DNA from: a virus
Lineage: Duplodnaviria; Heunggongvirae; Uroviricota; Caudoviricetes
Direction: 5' to 3' (one strand)
Virus record (IMG/VR): IMGVR_UViG_3300032731_000668
Span: 1 to 64,000 of that record
DNA: 64,000 nt
Position numbers and translations under genes: made by a program. Positions 18,141 through 27,606 of this stretch are shown in pieces. Positions within the stretch are counted from its first letter, which is position 1. Every line of letters starts with the position of its first letter. A model generated the notes under the pieces. The model had not been told where the DNA came from. It searched no databases and saw nothing but the letters and a program-made list of their open reading frames with translations.

Positions 18141-18780
18141 GAAAATTGTATGTTTTTCCGATACGCATGGACAGCATAGAAACTTAAAACTTAACAAATG
18201 GTTTGAAAATAATCCTGCCGATATTTTGATCTTCGCGGGCGATTGTCAGATGAATGATCAAGACAACGGTGAAGACTTTGTTGATTGGATGTCTAAATTG
18301 CCCTATAGATACAAGCTTGTTGTTCCAGGCAATCATGATAATAATTTTGTACATATAAAAGAATTAATCAAACGTCATTTTAAAGTTTATTTTGTTGTAC
18401 ATGACAGTATAACAGTTGAAGGAATAAGATTTTTTTGTTCAGCTTATAGTCGAACATTTGGGAATTGGTGGTTTATGGAATCAGAGAGTGTTTTAGAATA
18501 TCTTTATGAAAAAATTCCAGAAAATACAGAAATACTTGTAACACATACGCCCCCTTTTGAAAAACTTGACAAAACATTTATGGGAATCAATGCAGGGAGC
18601 GTAAGTCTAGGTGAAAGAATAACAAAATTACCAAATCTTCAATATAATATTTTTGGTCATATCCATGAAAGCAATGGATCTGAAACAATTGATGGTATTC
18701 GATATATCAATTGTAGCGTTACAAATAAGGGATATAATCTTGTAAATATGCCTTATATTTTTGAATTTGAAAAGAAATAA
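18127..18780 (+). CDS. calcineurin-like metallophosphoesterase (217 aa)
   Basis: Motifs FSDTHG, AGD, GNHD, THTPP, GHIHE. Confidence 0.8.
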   Translation: MPTNKKIVCFSDTHGQHRNLKLNKWFENNPADILIFAGDCQMNDQDNGEDFVDWMSKLPYRYKLVVPGNHDNNFVHIKELIKRHFKVYFVVHDSITVEGIRFFCSAYSRTFGNWWFMESESVLEYLYEKIPENTEILVTHTPPFEKLDKTFMGINAGSVSLGERITKLPNLQYNIFGHIHESNGSETIDGIRYINCSVTNKGYNLVNMPYIFEFEKK

Positions 18781-18857
18781 TAAATAAATTTAAAACAACA
18801 AGGAGAATATGATAATTTTTTGGTTAATACTTTTTGTCATAGGAACGATAGGAAGCA

Positions 18858-18883
18858 AATAAAATGACTATTTTATGTGGTTT
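18858..18883. repeat. intergenic inverted-repeat element (ATAAAAT...ATTTTATGTGGTTT)
   Basis: aaataaaatgactattttatgtggttt. Confidence 0.7.
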
Positions 18884-18913
18884 ACTCGGTAGTTTTTATA
18901 GGAGAGAAATAAA

Positions 18914-19549
18914 ATGACAAAAGATTTGAGAACTGGATGGTTGGCAAAATTAAAAATTGGTGATGAGGTAGTGGGTGTTAATGTAATAGGTAAAAAATCG
19001 TCTTTTATTGTAATGGTTATGGGGATATCCTCAAACGGAGATATAAGAGTTACTTCACAGGGAAGAAGATTTTTTTATACATTTAGCCATAAAGGTGAAC
19101 TTAGGTATAAAGGAATGTTTTTAGTGTCTTACCTTAAACAAATGAATACAGCAAGTTTGTATGAAGCCGTAGATCCAAAATGTCGAGATATGGTTGAATT
19201 TTTTAATGAAATGAATATTTCTACAATTAGTTCTTGTCAAGGTCATAATAATCTTCAAAACAATGCCTTTTACGTTATATTTGATGTTTGTGTTACTGAT
19301 AAAGATATTGATAATTTTTTGTCTATGTTTGATAAACATACAATCCATTCTCCGTTTATTGGGACATTTAAAAAATGGATGCGAAAAATCGACGGTATTA
19401 TTACGTCTAATTGGATTTATAGCATTGATTATGGAAAATATAAAATGAATCAAGAATTTGCATTAGAAGATTACAAAACTATGAAAAACAAGCGCGACGA
19501 GATTGACGGCGAATTTAATAATATGCCTAAGCCTTATAATTTGATATAG
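18914..19549 (+). CDS. hypothetical protein (211 aa)
   Basis: ORF with GGAGAGAAATAAA RBS; no recognisable motif. Confidence 0.6.
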   Translation: MTKDLRTGWLAKLKIGDEVVGVNVIGKKSSFIVMVMGISSNGDIRVTSQGRRFFYTFSHKGELRYKGMFLVSYLKQMNTASLYEAVDPKCRDMVEFFNEMNISTISSCQGHNNLQNNAFYVIFDVCVTDKDIDNFLSMFDKHTIHSPFIGTFKKWMRKIDGIITSNWIYSIDYGKYKMNQEFALEDYKTMKNKRDEIDGEFNNMPKPYNLI

Positions 19550-19572
19550 CTAAATAGTTGGGAGTATAAAAA

Positions 19573-19758
19573 ATGAACACGACAATTTTCCCCTATGACT
19601 TAATGCAAAAATTTTTTGATTATTATGCAGATATTGGCTATAGGACAGAATTTATAGTAAAAATGAAAGAACATGATATATCCGAAAGAGAGGCAATTAT
19701 TATTTGGCAGTCTTTTGATGTTGCATATGATAGATTGATAGACGGTATTAGGGAGTAG
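19573..19758 (+). CDS. hypothetical protein (61 aa)
   Basis: ORF with GGGAG RBS. Confidence 0.5.
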   Translation: MNTTIFPYDLMQKFFDYYADIGYRTEFIVKMKEHDISEREAIIIWQSFDVAYDRLIDGIRE

Positions 19759-19760
19759 CT

Positions 19761-19913
19761 ATGAAATGTAGGTATTGTAAAAGGTTAGGGGTAATATATG
19801 ATGAAGATGGACGTGCCGATATTTGTGTAAATTGCTATGGGATAGGTAAAGTAACTTTAAAAATATGGTTAAATCAGTTGTACGAGAAAATCGGACAACT
19901 CAAAACCACATAA
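19761..19913 (+). CDS. small zinc-ribbon protein (50 aa; CRYC...CVNC)
   Basis: Below the track cutoff; its stop codon lies inside the inverted-repeat element 19903-19930. Confidence 0.35.
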   Translation: MKCRYCKRLGVIYDEDGRADICVNCYGIGKVTLKIWLNQLYEKIGQLKTT

Positions 19914-19930
19914 AATTTATCTTTTATCAT
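19903..19930. repeat. intergenic inverted-repeat element (AACCACATAAAAT...TTTTATCAT)
   Basis: aaaaccacataaaatttatcttttatcat. Confidence 0.7.
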
Positions 19931-19968
19931 ACATAATTCTATATAATTGAAATATAAGGAGAAAATAA

Positions 19969-20154
19969 ATGTTAAATATGATCGGGGGTTTTGGATATCC
20001 TTCTTATAATTATGATTCTGCTACTTGGGTTTGTAAAGTATCTATATTTGAAGGAAATGGAGATTACAAAGATATAACAGGTTGTGGGGTCAATATTGCT
20101 CAAGCATTATGTCATTTAGTGATAGAACTTAAACATTATAAGGAAAATAAATGA
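19969..20154 (+). CDS. hypothetical protein (61 aa)
   Basis: ORF with AAGGAGAAAA RBS. Confidence 0.5.
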   Translation: MLNMIGGFGYPSYNYDSATWVCKVSIFEGNGDYKDITGCGVNIAQALCHLVIELKHYKENK

Positions 20155-21284
20155 AAACACTATATCAACTAGACAGCAATAACAATGTAAAGATCTGGAT
20201 GATTGAGGTTGTTAACAAGGACGATTATTCAGAAATGATTGTTAGAAGTGGCAGAAAAGGTGGTTCTTTGGTAGAGAATGTCGCTAAAATTATGGCTGGT
20301 AAAAACATAGGAAGATCCAATGAAACAACTCATTTTACTCAGGCTATTTCACAAATGGAATCTAAGATTGAGGCAAAATTAAAAAAAGGCTATGTTTACG
20401 ATTTAGCCAATGCGAAAAGTTCTTCTGTTTTAGGAAGTGGAATATCTGCCCCTATGTTAGCACAAAAATATAGTTGGGATGGTTCTCAAAAAGGTTCTAA
20501 AACATTGAGGCAGTTAGGAGTTGAAAATAAACCAATTATTGTTCAGCCAAAATTGGACGGGAATAGATGTTTAATTAAAATGGAAGATGGAAAATTGTTT
20601 ATGTACACACGAAAAGGTACAAAAATGACAGTACAACTTTCTCATATTTTAGAGGATTTAAAAGATGATTTATCAGAGGGCTATACTTTAGATGGAGAAT
20701 TGTTTTCAGATTCATTTTCTTTCAATATATTGAATGGTATTATAAAAAGAGAGACCATAACCCCAGAGGAAAAAGAACAACGAAAACTTATTAAATTTCA
20801 TCTGTACGATGTAATGTTGGATAAGGGGTATAAAGAACGTTATCATTATATTTGTAAATTTGTTTCTCCTAATGTAGTTATTGTTCCTAGTTATGAAATA
20901 GTGGCCTCGATTGCAAATATCAACATGTACTTAGAACAATTTCTTGCCGAAGGACACGAAGGACTAATGATACGACAGCTAAATATGAGCTACGAAAATA
21001 AACGATCCTGGCAATTATGTAAGATGAAAGTTTTTGAAGACGCCGAGTTCGAGTTGGTCGATTTTCAGGAAGATGTTAGAGGCGGTTTTGTTGGCTCTTT
21101 TGTCATGAAAGACAAGAATGGTAAAATTTTCAACGCGGGTGCAAGTGGACAAAATGTTGAAAAGAGAACCGCTATGTGGAACAATAAATCCGATTATATT
21201 GGGAAAATGGCTACAGTAGAATTTTTTGGCAAGAGTGAATATGATATTCCCAGATTCCCAAAATTCAAAGGAGTACGAAATTAA
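20151..21284 (+). CDS. ATP-dependent DNA ligase (377 aa)
   Basis: Adenylation motif I KLDGNR, motif IV EGLMIR, motif V LCKMK plus a C-terminal OB-like region. Confidence 0.85.
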   Translation: MKTLYQLDSNNNVKIWMIEVVNKDDYSEMIVRSGRKGGSLVENVAKIMAGKNIGRSNETTHFTQAISQMESKIEAKLKKGYVYDLANAKSSSVLGSGISAPMLAQKYSWDGSQKGSKTLRQLGVENKPIIVQPKLDGNRCLIKMEDGKLFMYTRKGTKMTVQLSHILEDLKDDLSEGYTLDGELFSDSFSFNILNGIIKRETITPEEKEQRKLIKFHLYDVMLDKGYKERYHYICKFVSPNVVIVPSYEIVASIANINMYLEQFLAEGHEGLMIRQLNMSYENKRSWQLCKMKVFEDAEFELVDFQEDVRGGFVGSFVMKDKNGKIFNAGASGQNVEKRTAMWNNKSDYIGKMATVEFFGKSEYDIPRFPKFKGVRN

Positions 21285-21296
21285 GAAATTGCACCC

Positions 21297-21325
21297 TTGA
21301 CAAAAATTGATTTATATGATAGAAT
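21297..21325 (+). promoter_or_regulatory. sigma70-like promoter TTGACA-17-TAGAAT
   Basis: TTGACA 21297-21302, TAGAAT 21320-21325. Confidence 0.6.
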
Positions 21326-21355
21326 ATAGTGTAATAAGAATATAAAAGGAGCAAG

Positions 21356-21547
21356 ATGAATATTCAAGAAGTTATGAAAGCCGGTCTACCTTTTCGCCGC
21401 AGAGGATGGATAGACGATGATGTTTTTATAGTTTATGAAAAAGGCGACATAGTGTTTACAATGGAGGAAGACGATCTTTCGTCAGCCAACATAGATTGCG
21501 AAGACATTCTTTCTGAGGATTGGTATATAAAAAATGACTGTAATTAA
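21356..21547 (+). CDS. small acidic protein (63 aa)
   Basis: ORF with AAAGGAG RBS. Confidence 0.5.
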   Translation: MNIQEVMKAGLPFRRRGWIDDDVFIVYEKGDIVFTMEEDDLSSANIDCEDILSEDWYIKNDCN

Positions 21548-21551
21548 TCTA

Positions 21552-21575
21552 GGCAACTATATACCTGACGCACAA
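21552..21575. repeat. 24-nt direct repeat ggcaactatatacctgacgcacaa, copy 1
   Basis: 22/24 identical to 22091-22114. Confidence 0.7.
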
Positions 21576-21605
21576 GTTATGTCTACAAAAACAATAGGAA
21601 TTTAA

Positions 21606-21782
21606 ATGAGTATTAAAAATAATCTTATAAAAGACAAAGAAACAAACAATTTATCATCTTTAAAAGATGTACTAAAAATTGCTAAAGAAATAGATAGTTT
21701 AAAAGTAATGCATATTTCAAAAGACTTGATTTTTAGAATCGCAATTCAAATTCATTTTTTGAAAAAGATTGAATTACCTTAA
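21606..21782 (+). CDS. hypothetical small protein (58 aa)
   Basis: Below the track cutoff; converges on the minus-strand gene. Confidence 0.35.
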   Translation: MSIKNNLIKDKETNNLSSLKDVLKIAKEIDSLKVMHISKDLIFRIAIQIHFLKKIELP

Positions 21783-21967
21783 TCTTTAATCAATATTGAT
21801 TCAGAAATTGTTTTTAATGTTTTTACATAGGCATTTGTAAACTTTTCAAGAAGTTGCTCTTGTGGTTCATCTGCCGATGAATTTGATACGACCGCTACTT
21901 TGACAATTTCCCAAGCTATAGAGGCATAGGCAACATGTATGTTTTCAGTATTTGGTAAGTCTGACAT
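21779..21967 (-). CDS. hypothetical protein (62 aa); the only minus-strand gene with good support
   Basis: Lies in a gap free of + ORFs; GAAAGGATAATAT-ATG RBS on the minus strand; divergent from the + genes at 22144. Confidence 0.45.
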   Translation of the reverse strand: MSDLPNTENIHVAYASIAWEIVKVAVVSNSSADEPQEQLLEKFTNAYVKTLKTISESILIKD

Positions 21968-22090
21968 ATATTATCCTTTCAAAATAGATTATGAATCAAT
22001 TGTATATTAAAAATTATATATTGTGTCTCAACATTATATATTACAAGAGAAAAGAAAGGAAACAAATTGAAACTAAATTATTTAAAAAAT

Positions 22091-22114
22091 GGTAACTATA
22101 TACTTGACGCACAA
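22091..22114. repeat. 24-nt direct repeat ggtaactatatacttgacgcacaa, copy 2
   Basis: Matches 21552-21575; sits just upstream of CDS 22144. Confidence 0.7.
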
Positions 22115-22143
22115 AATAGATTTTACCCCCTAAAAAGGATAAA

Positions 22144-22719
22144 ATGGGGGTTATGGGAAACTATAAAATACAAGACAGCAAGTTTATTCATTGGGTGCTC
22201 GAAAACATTTCTTGGGATATTTTCAGATGGTTTTGTGATTTATTATTTTCAATTTGCTGTACTCAAAAAATTTTTATCTATCCAAATATTCAAAAATGGT
22301 TACTTGCAATGAATATTCCTATGGTTGTATCAATACTTGGAATATTTATTATTATTTTTGTTATTACTTGGATATTTTTATCGTTGGTTGAGTGGTTGTA
22401 TAAAAAAATTAATTTTATCTTATTTTTGAAAAAACAAAAAGAAATAGTAATAAATACTTGGAATCTAGTAAATATCTCAGTAGAAAATTCTTTGTCATTT
22501 TTACAAGGGGTATCTTATTCAAATGAACCAAGTTTACAAGAACAATGCAAAATAACAAGAAATAGCGGTAAAGAATTGATGGAATATTTTCAAGACAAAG
22601 ATAATGGACTGAGTTGTTTTATAGAGCAAAGAAGAATAAAACAGACGAATTCTATACGCAAATGCCCGATATTGAGGCAGAAATGCGCCTCTATAAAGAC
22701 CAGTTTCGCGGTAAGGTAA
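22144..22719 (+). CDS. membrane protein (191 aa, 2-3 TM)
   Basis: AAAAGGATAAA RBS; hydrophobic segments; first gene of the higher-GC island. Confidence 0.55.
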   Translation: MGVMGNYKIQDSKFIHWVLENISWDIFRWFCDLLFSICCTQKIFIYPNIQKWLLAMNIPMVVSILGIFIIIFVITWIFLSLVEWLYKKINFILFLKKQKEIVINTWNLVNISVENSLSFLQGVSYSNEPSLQEQCKITRNSGKELMEYFQDKDNGLSCFIEQRRIKQTNSIRKCPILRQKCASIKTSFAVR

Positions 22720-22722
22720 TTT

Positions 22723-23925
22723 ATGGCACACATCAATCTCGCTAATGCTAAAAAGGTAAAGAACGACGAATTTTATACGCAATATTTTGATATTCAGAAA
22801 GAAATCTCGACATATTTAGAACACAACCCTGATGTCTTTCGGGGTAAGACTGTGCTTTTACCCTGTGATGACCCTGAATGGAGCAACTTTACCAAGTTTT
22901 TTGCCCAAAATTTTGAGCGGTTCGGGTTGAAAAAACTCATCAGTACAAGCTACGCTGTAAATAGCAAAACCTATAAGGGCGGATACCAACCAACGCTCTT
23001 TGAAACAAGTGCCCTCCAATTTGACGAAAATAAAACTGTGGAAAATGGGAAAATTTTCACACTGACCCACGACAAGACAGGTGACCGCAAGGTTGATGTG
23101 AATGACCTAGAATGGCTCTATCTTAAGGGTGACGGCGATTTTCGTAGCGACGAGATCAAAAAGTTTCGTGACGAAGCCGACATCATCATTACTAATCCAC
23201 CATTTTCGCTTTTCCGTGATTTTTTGGCATGGATAATGGAGGCTGACAAACAATTTGTAATAATAGGTAACCTAAATGCCATTACCTATAAAGAGGTATT
23301 CCCGTTACTTAAAGAAAACAAGGTTTGGTTAGGTAATAATTGTAAAGTAAATGGTGGTGCAATGTTTTATGAGATACCAGAAGACATTGCTAACTTGGAC
23401 CAAGTTCGTGAAATAAGGACAAACGAAATTGGCAAGGAGGTTTATATTACCAGGGTACAAGGTGTTCGTTGGTTTACCAATCTCGACCATGGGCGTCTTC
23501 ATCAACCCTTACCACTAATGACAGAGTCAGAGGTAGTCAAGTTCGTAACGAAAAAGCCATTTGTTAAATATGATAATTACGATGCAATAGAAGTATCGAG
23601 AGTTAAAAACATTCCAAGCGATTACAACGGAGTAATGGGAGTACCGGTTAGCTTTCTCGATAAATACAGTCCAGAACAATTTAAAATTTTGGGGGCAACA
23701 CAAAGAGGTTGTCATGATGAATTCCCTGACACAAAAAAATATAATGACTATAGCGAAGTAAGACAAAATGGGGAAAATACAGGTTCTTCTGGCGGAAAAA
23801 CAAATGAAAATGGGAATTTAGTTGGTAATGACGGAAAAAAGAATTATTTCATAAATGAAGATGGCAGAATAATTCAATCTGTGTATCAAAGAATATTCAT
23901 CAGACATAGGAATAAAACAACATGA
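22723..23925 (+). CDS. N6-adenine DNA methyltransferase, gamma-class-like (400 aa)
   Basis: DEFYTQ (FxTP-like motif X), catalytic [14 protein letters not shown]; local GC about 45%. Confidence 0.85.
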   Translation: MAHINLANAKKVKNDEFYTQYFDIQKEISTYLEHNPDVFRGKTVLLPCDDPEWSNFTKFFAQNFERFGLKKLISTSYAVNSKTYKGGYQPTLFETSALQFDENKTVENGKIFTLTHDKTGDRKVDVNDLEWLYLKGDGDFRSDEIKKFRDEADIIITNPPFSLFRDFLAWIMEADKQFVIIGNLNAITYKEVFPLLKENKVWLGNNCKVNGGAMFYEIPEDIANLDQVREIRTNEIGKEVYITRVQGVRWFTNLDHGRLHQPLPLMTESEVVKFVTKKPFVKYDNYDAIEVSRVKNIPSDYNGVMGVPVSFLDKYSPEQFKILGATQRGCHDEFPDTKKYNDYSEVRQNGENTGSSGGKTNENGNLVGNDGKKNYFINEDGRIIQSVYQRIFIRHRNKTT

Positions 23926-25091
23926 AAACAATCTTAATAACTGACATTACTGTCAAAAATATCTGCGAAGGATTTGTCTATAACGAACTTGAGGGCAAAG
24001 GACTATTTGGCTTGTCTGGCAAGTTAACCATCCAGCCAGAGTATCAGCGTAACTATATTTATGCATCCGATGGTGGTAAAAAAGAAGTTGCGGTGATTGA
24101 ATCCCTGCTGAAAGGATACCCATTGGGCTTAATTTATTTTAACAAAGTGAGTGATGAAAAACTGGAAGTGCTTGACGGTCAACAACGTATAACCAGTTTT
24201 GGACGATTTGTAACTAACAAATTTGCTATAAAAGATGAAAATGGCATGGAGCAATATTTCAGTGGTATTGCGGCTGATAAGCAATCTAAGATCTTGACAA
24301 CGGAACTGCTTATTTATGAATGCGAAGGGATTGAAAGTGAGATAAAAGAGTGGTTCAAAACGATCAATATTGCTGGCATACCACTTAATGATCAGGAACA
24401 GCTGAACGCCGTGTTTTCTGGGTCATTCGTGACACTTAGTAAGGCGGAGTTTAGTAACAGTCAGAATGCCAATATCCAAAAATGGAGAGCGTATATTAGA
24501 GGCAGTGTCAATCGACAGCATTTATTGGAACGCGCTCTTGATTGGGTTAGCAAAGGCAACATTGACGATTATATGAGCCGCCATCGGTACGACAACAACA
24601 TTACAGAGTTAAAAACGTATTTCAACAGTGTAATTGATTGGGTTTCAAGCGTATTTGTTGATGTAGAGGGTGAGATGCGCGGATTGGAGTGGGGACGATT
24701 GTACGAAGAGTATCATAATACATCTTATGACCCTGCAAAGGTTTCAAAAGATGTGCAAAAACTTTATGGCGATCCGTATATTAAAAACCGTAAGGGTATT
24801 TTTGAGTACATTCTTGGCGGTTCAATTGATACAAAATTATTAAATGTCCGAGTCTTTGATGATGCAACCAAGAATAATGTTTATTCAACACAGACTGCTA
24901 AGACCGAAGCTAAAGGTGAATCAAACTGTCCGCTCTGTGCTATTGGATATGATGCCAACAAAAGTAAAATCTGGAAGTTGAACGAAATGGATGCCGACCA
25001 TGTATCGGCATGGAGCAAAGGTGGCGCAACAGATATTAGCAATTGTCAAATGTTATGCAAAACTCACAATAGGGCAAAAGGAAATAAATAA
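23922..25091 (+). CDS. DUF262 (DGQQR ParB-like) + C-terminal HNH nuclease, GmrSD/type IV restriction-like (389 aa)
   Basis: LDGQQRITS motif in the N-terminal domain; C-terminal CPLC...[12 protein letters not shown]...[13 protein letters not shown] motif. Confidence 0.85.
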   Translation: MKTILITDITVKNICEGFVYNELEGKGLFGLSGKLTIQPEYQRNYIYASDGGKKEVAVIESLLKGYPLGLIYFNKVSDEKLEVLDGQQRITSFGRFVTNKFAIKDENGMEQYFSGIAADKQSKILTTELLIYECEGIESEIKEWFKTINIAGIPLNDQEQLNAVFSGSFVTLSKAEFSNSQNANIQKWRAYIRGSVNRQHLLERALDWVSKGNIDDYMSRHRYDNNITELKTYFNSVIDWVSSVFVDVEGEMRGLEWGRLYEEYHNTSYDPAKVSKDVQKLYGDPYIKNRKGIFEYILGGSIDTKLLNVRVFDDATKNNVYSTQTAKTEAKGESNCPLCAIGYDANKSKIWKLNEMDADHVSAWSKGGATDISNCQMLCKTHNRAKGNK

Positions 25092-25260
25092 ATCAGATTT
25101 GTGCGATAGTTATATAATTACCAAAAATTAGCGTGCTCTATAGCGATTTTTGATAGCAATAATGATTATGAAGTGGCTAAATTCAACTTGTGTGTCAAGT
25201 ATATAGTCGCCTAAATTAATGTTTGCGTATAGATTAACCTCAAATCTTTCCAATAAAATA

Positions 25261-25287
25261 AATACCACATAAAACAAGAATTTTATC
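25261..25287. repeat. intergenic inverted-repeat element (ACCACATAAAA...ATTTTATC)
   Basis: aataccacataaaacaagaattttatc, immediately upstream of promoter 25293. Confidence 0.7.
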
Positions 25288-25292
25288 TGGTC

Positions 25293-25321
25293 TTGACAGG
25301 TTTTGAAATATATGATATAAT
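25293..25321 (+). promoter_or_regulatory. consensus sigma70-like promoter TTGACA-17-TATAAT
   Basis: TTGACA 25293-25298, TATAAT 25316-25321. Confidence 0.65.
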
Positions 25322-25337
25322 AATCAAGAGGAAATAT

Positions 25338-25529
25338 ATGGATAATAAAATTCCAATAGAAGAATTGCTTGAAGACTTTGGGGTAGAGAATGAGGACGAG
25401 CTGTACGCCAAATTAACGGATGATTCTAACACTATTCCATGCATCGTATGCGGGAAAGAAATTCCGATAGAAGAAATTAGAATTGTTGGTGATGATCCAT
25501 ATTGCAAGAGGTGCAAGAATAGTTTATGA
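25338..25529 (+). CDS. small zinc-ribbon protein (63 aa; CIVCG...CKRCK)
   Basis: AAGAGGAAATAT RBS before ATG 25338; the track ORF 25293 would begin inside the promoter. Confidence 0.5.
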   Translation: MDNKIPIEELLEDFGVENEDELYAKLTDDSNTIPCIVCGKEIPIEEIRIVGDDPYCKRCKNSL

Positions 25530-25858
25530 ACATTATTTTGAAATGGGATAGTAGTAGAGTTACTATAGAACAATTCGCCAATATGTGTAGATCTTATGCG
25601 GGACTGATGCCACAATATCAGATAGTTTATCATCTAATTGATATGGTTGCAACAATGGCTTTTGATACAGATATTAATGATTATGTTGATAAAGATGTTG
25701 CTATAAAAGTTTTGACTAAATTTAGTTATTATGATTTTTCTTTATTGGCCAAAGAATTAAATAAACAACAAGAAGAAAACGGGTTATTATTGATGGCACA
25801 AAATTTATTTGGAAATAATGTTAAGTTTTCGGAAACTAAAAAACACAATAAAATATAG
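25526..25858 (+). CDS. hypothetical protein (110 aa)
   Basis: ORF overlapping the previous stop. Confidence 0.55.
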   Translation: MNIILKWDSSRVTIEQFANMCRSYAGLMPQYQIVYHLIDMVATMAFDTDINDYVDKDVAIKVLTKFSYYDFSLLAKELNKQQEENGLLLMAQNLFGNNVKFSETKKHNKI

Positions 25859-25978
25859 ATTTTATGAGGAAATAAGATGAACATATATATTCAAATAGTT
25901 GTTGGTCTGTTGATAATAGTGGCATTTTTTTGCGTTATTTGTATCGGAGTTCTAATGATACAAATGCTAAAAATGAAG

Positions 25979-26007
25979 TAAACACAATAAAATGTACGTT
26001 TTATCAT
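25979..26007. repeat. intergenic inverted-repeat element (AACACAATAAAAT...TTTTATCAT)
   Basis: taaacacaataaaatgtacgttttatcat. Confidence 0.7.
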
Positions 26008-26099
26008 ATAAAAGGAGAATCATATATGGATTAACAGAAAAAATATTGAAGAAAAATAAATAATAAAATAAAAAATAACAATAGGAAGGTTTTATATAG

Positions 26100-27203
26100 A
26101 TGAATAACAATATAGATACACAGAAAGTTAACAGATGGATTAGAAGAGCCGTAAGTGGTGTGGTTGTTTTAATCATACTAGTTGTTTTTTTGGCGAATTC
26201 GTTTGTTTTAAAACGTGTTGAGCCTACTGAAATGGCAATTATTACTAGAGGCGGACAATTACAAAGTGTAGTTGGTTCGGGTACATATACTCAGTTTGGT
26301 TTTTTGAAAAAATCTAAACTCGATACATTCTCGGTTGCTATTATTCCTTTGAATTCTACTGACCCCGAAGTTTTGACGAAACCAACAGACAACAGTAAGA
26401 ATGATGAAAGTTCCGTTGGTATGCCTGTTGGATTTGAAATTGTTGGCGATATTCAGATTCCCACTGATCCCATAACTCTGATGAATAATTGGGCAAGATA
26501 TGGAGTAATGTATAAAAATCCTGAAACTCTTGAAGAAAGAGTTGATAGTTTTACAAGAGAAGCTATGAAAGTTTGTGGTGGTGCATTCACTTTTTATGAA
26601 ATCACTGCCTTAAGACGTGTCGAGTTTGCTACCTGTATTTCTGATGCTGTTACAGACAAGGTTGAAAAAGAGTATAGCGTAAGGGTAACGAATGTTACAA
26701 TTGCTAATATTATTTTAAGTAATACAGTTCTTGAACGTATCAACGCAGTTATTGACTTACAACAGCAGGTGGACTTAGAAAAACAAACAGCAGAACTAGC
26801 TACTGCTACCGGTGAACGAAAAGAAGCGGAAAATACGGCTTCAATTCAAGCTACAATGGCTACAGCGATAGAACAAGCAAAACAAGACGCAATTCTTGCT
26901 GTCCAAGAAGCTATAAGTGTTGCCTCACGACAAGAAGTTGTTATTGCCAAAATAGACTTGATTGCATTACAACAAGATTTGGCAGACGAAGAACTCACAT
27001 TGGCAAAAACAAAAGCTGTTGAACATCTTTCTAATGAAGCTCGTATGGCTGAAATTTTGCAAGGAAGTCCTAACTATTACAGTTTTTTGGTCGCAGAGTT
27101 GAACTCAAAAGCATTACAGAATGTTGACAAATTAATTGTTTCAGATGAAGGAACCGCACCACAAATTGTTATGGGCATAGATACAGTATATTCAGTAAAA
27201 TAA
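26100..27203 (+). CDS. SPFH/band-7 (prohibitin/stomatin/HflK-like) membrane protein with coiled-coil tail (367 aa)
   Basis: N-terminal TM, then a band-7-like core (VEPTEMAIITRGGQL...), then an Ala/Gln/Glu-rich coiled coil; GC-richer than the phage backbone. Confidence 0.7.
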   Translation: MNNNIDTQKVNRWIRRAVSGVVVLIILVVFLANSFVLKRVEPTEMAIITRGGQLQSVVGSGTYTQFGFLKKSKLDTFSVAIIPLNSTDPEVLTKPTDNSKNDESSVGMPVGFEIVGDIQIPTDPITLMNNWARYGVMYKNPETLEERVDSFTREAMKVCGGAFTFYEITALRRVEFATCISDAVTDKVEKEYSVRVTNVTIANIILSNTVLERINAVIDLQQQVDLEKQTAELATATGERKEAENTASIQATMATAIEQAKQDAILAVQEAISVASRQEVVIAKIDLIALQQDLADEELTLAKTKAVEHLSNEARMAEILQGSPNYYSFLVAELNSKALQNVDKLIVSDEGTAPQIVMGIDTVYSVK

Positions 27204-27223
27204 ACTATAGATAGAATTAATAG

Positions 27224-27279
27224 GGAAGGCTTTAGTTGGCGGAACATTACGTTTGCGAGTTCGAATCTCGCCCTTCCTT
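27224..27279 (+). tRNA. tRNA-like element lacking a D-arm (acceptor stem + anticodon-like hairpin + canonical T-arm), about 56 nt; pseudo-tRNA or recombination remnant
   Basis: 7-bp acceptor gggaagg/ccttcct, 5-bp hairpin with a 7-nt loop, T-stem gcgag/ctcgc with the consensus T-loop TTCGAAT; too short for a canonical tRNA and no CCA. Confidence 0.45.
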
Positions 27280-27581
27280 ATAAATAAAAAAATAAACATA
27301 AAGGAGGCAACATAAACATGATAAACTGGACTGATTTTTTATGCCTTGTTTTACCGCTTGTAATATTATTAATAGTAGCATTATGTGTACCGCTTATAAG
27401 GAAAAAATAAAATGACTCAAAAAATAAAAGAAATGCGTGTTTTTAAAGACGGAGATGCATGGTGTTTTGTGTTATCGGATTTTAAAAATTTACAAGAGTC
27501 TCCTTCTGCATGGCTTGATGAAACAGACACCAATATGGATATTATTCATGAACAATTGGTTGAAACAATGGAAGAAGACGG

Positions 27582-27606
27582 ATAAAATGTATATTTTATG
27601 TGGTTT
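27582..27606. repeat. intergenic inverted-repeat element (ATAAAAT...ATTTTATGTGGTTT)
   Basis: ataaaatgtatattttatgtggttt. Confidence 0.7.

Noticed and set aside
22067-22312. + strand ORFs 22067-22312 and 15574-15771
   Set aside because: They overlap the better-supported 22144-22719 and 15399-15752 in other frames and have no RBS. 22067-22312 also contains the 24-nt repeat, which is more plausibly regulatory.
27224-27279. Canonical tRNA gene
   Set aside because: Only 56 nt, with no D-arm and no U33 in the putative anticodon loop. It is called a tRNA-like element, not a functional tRNA.
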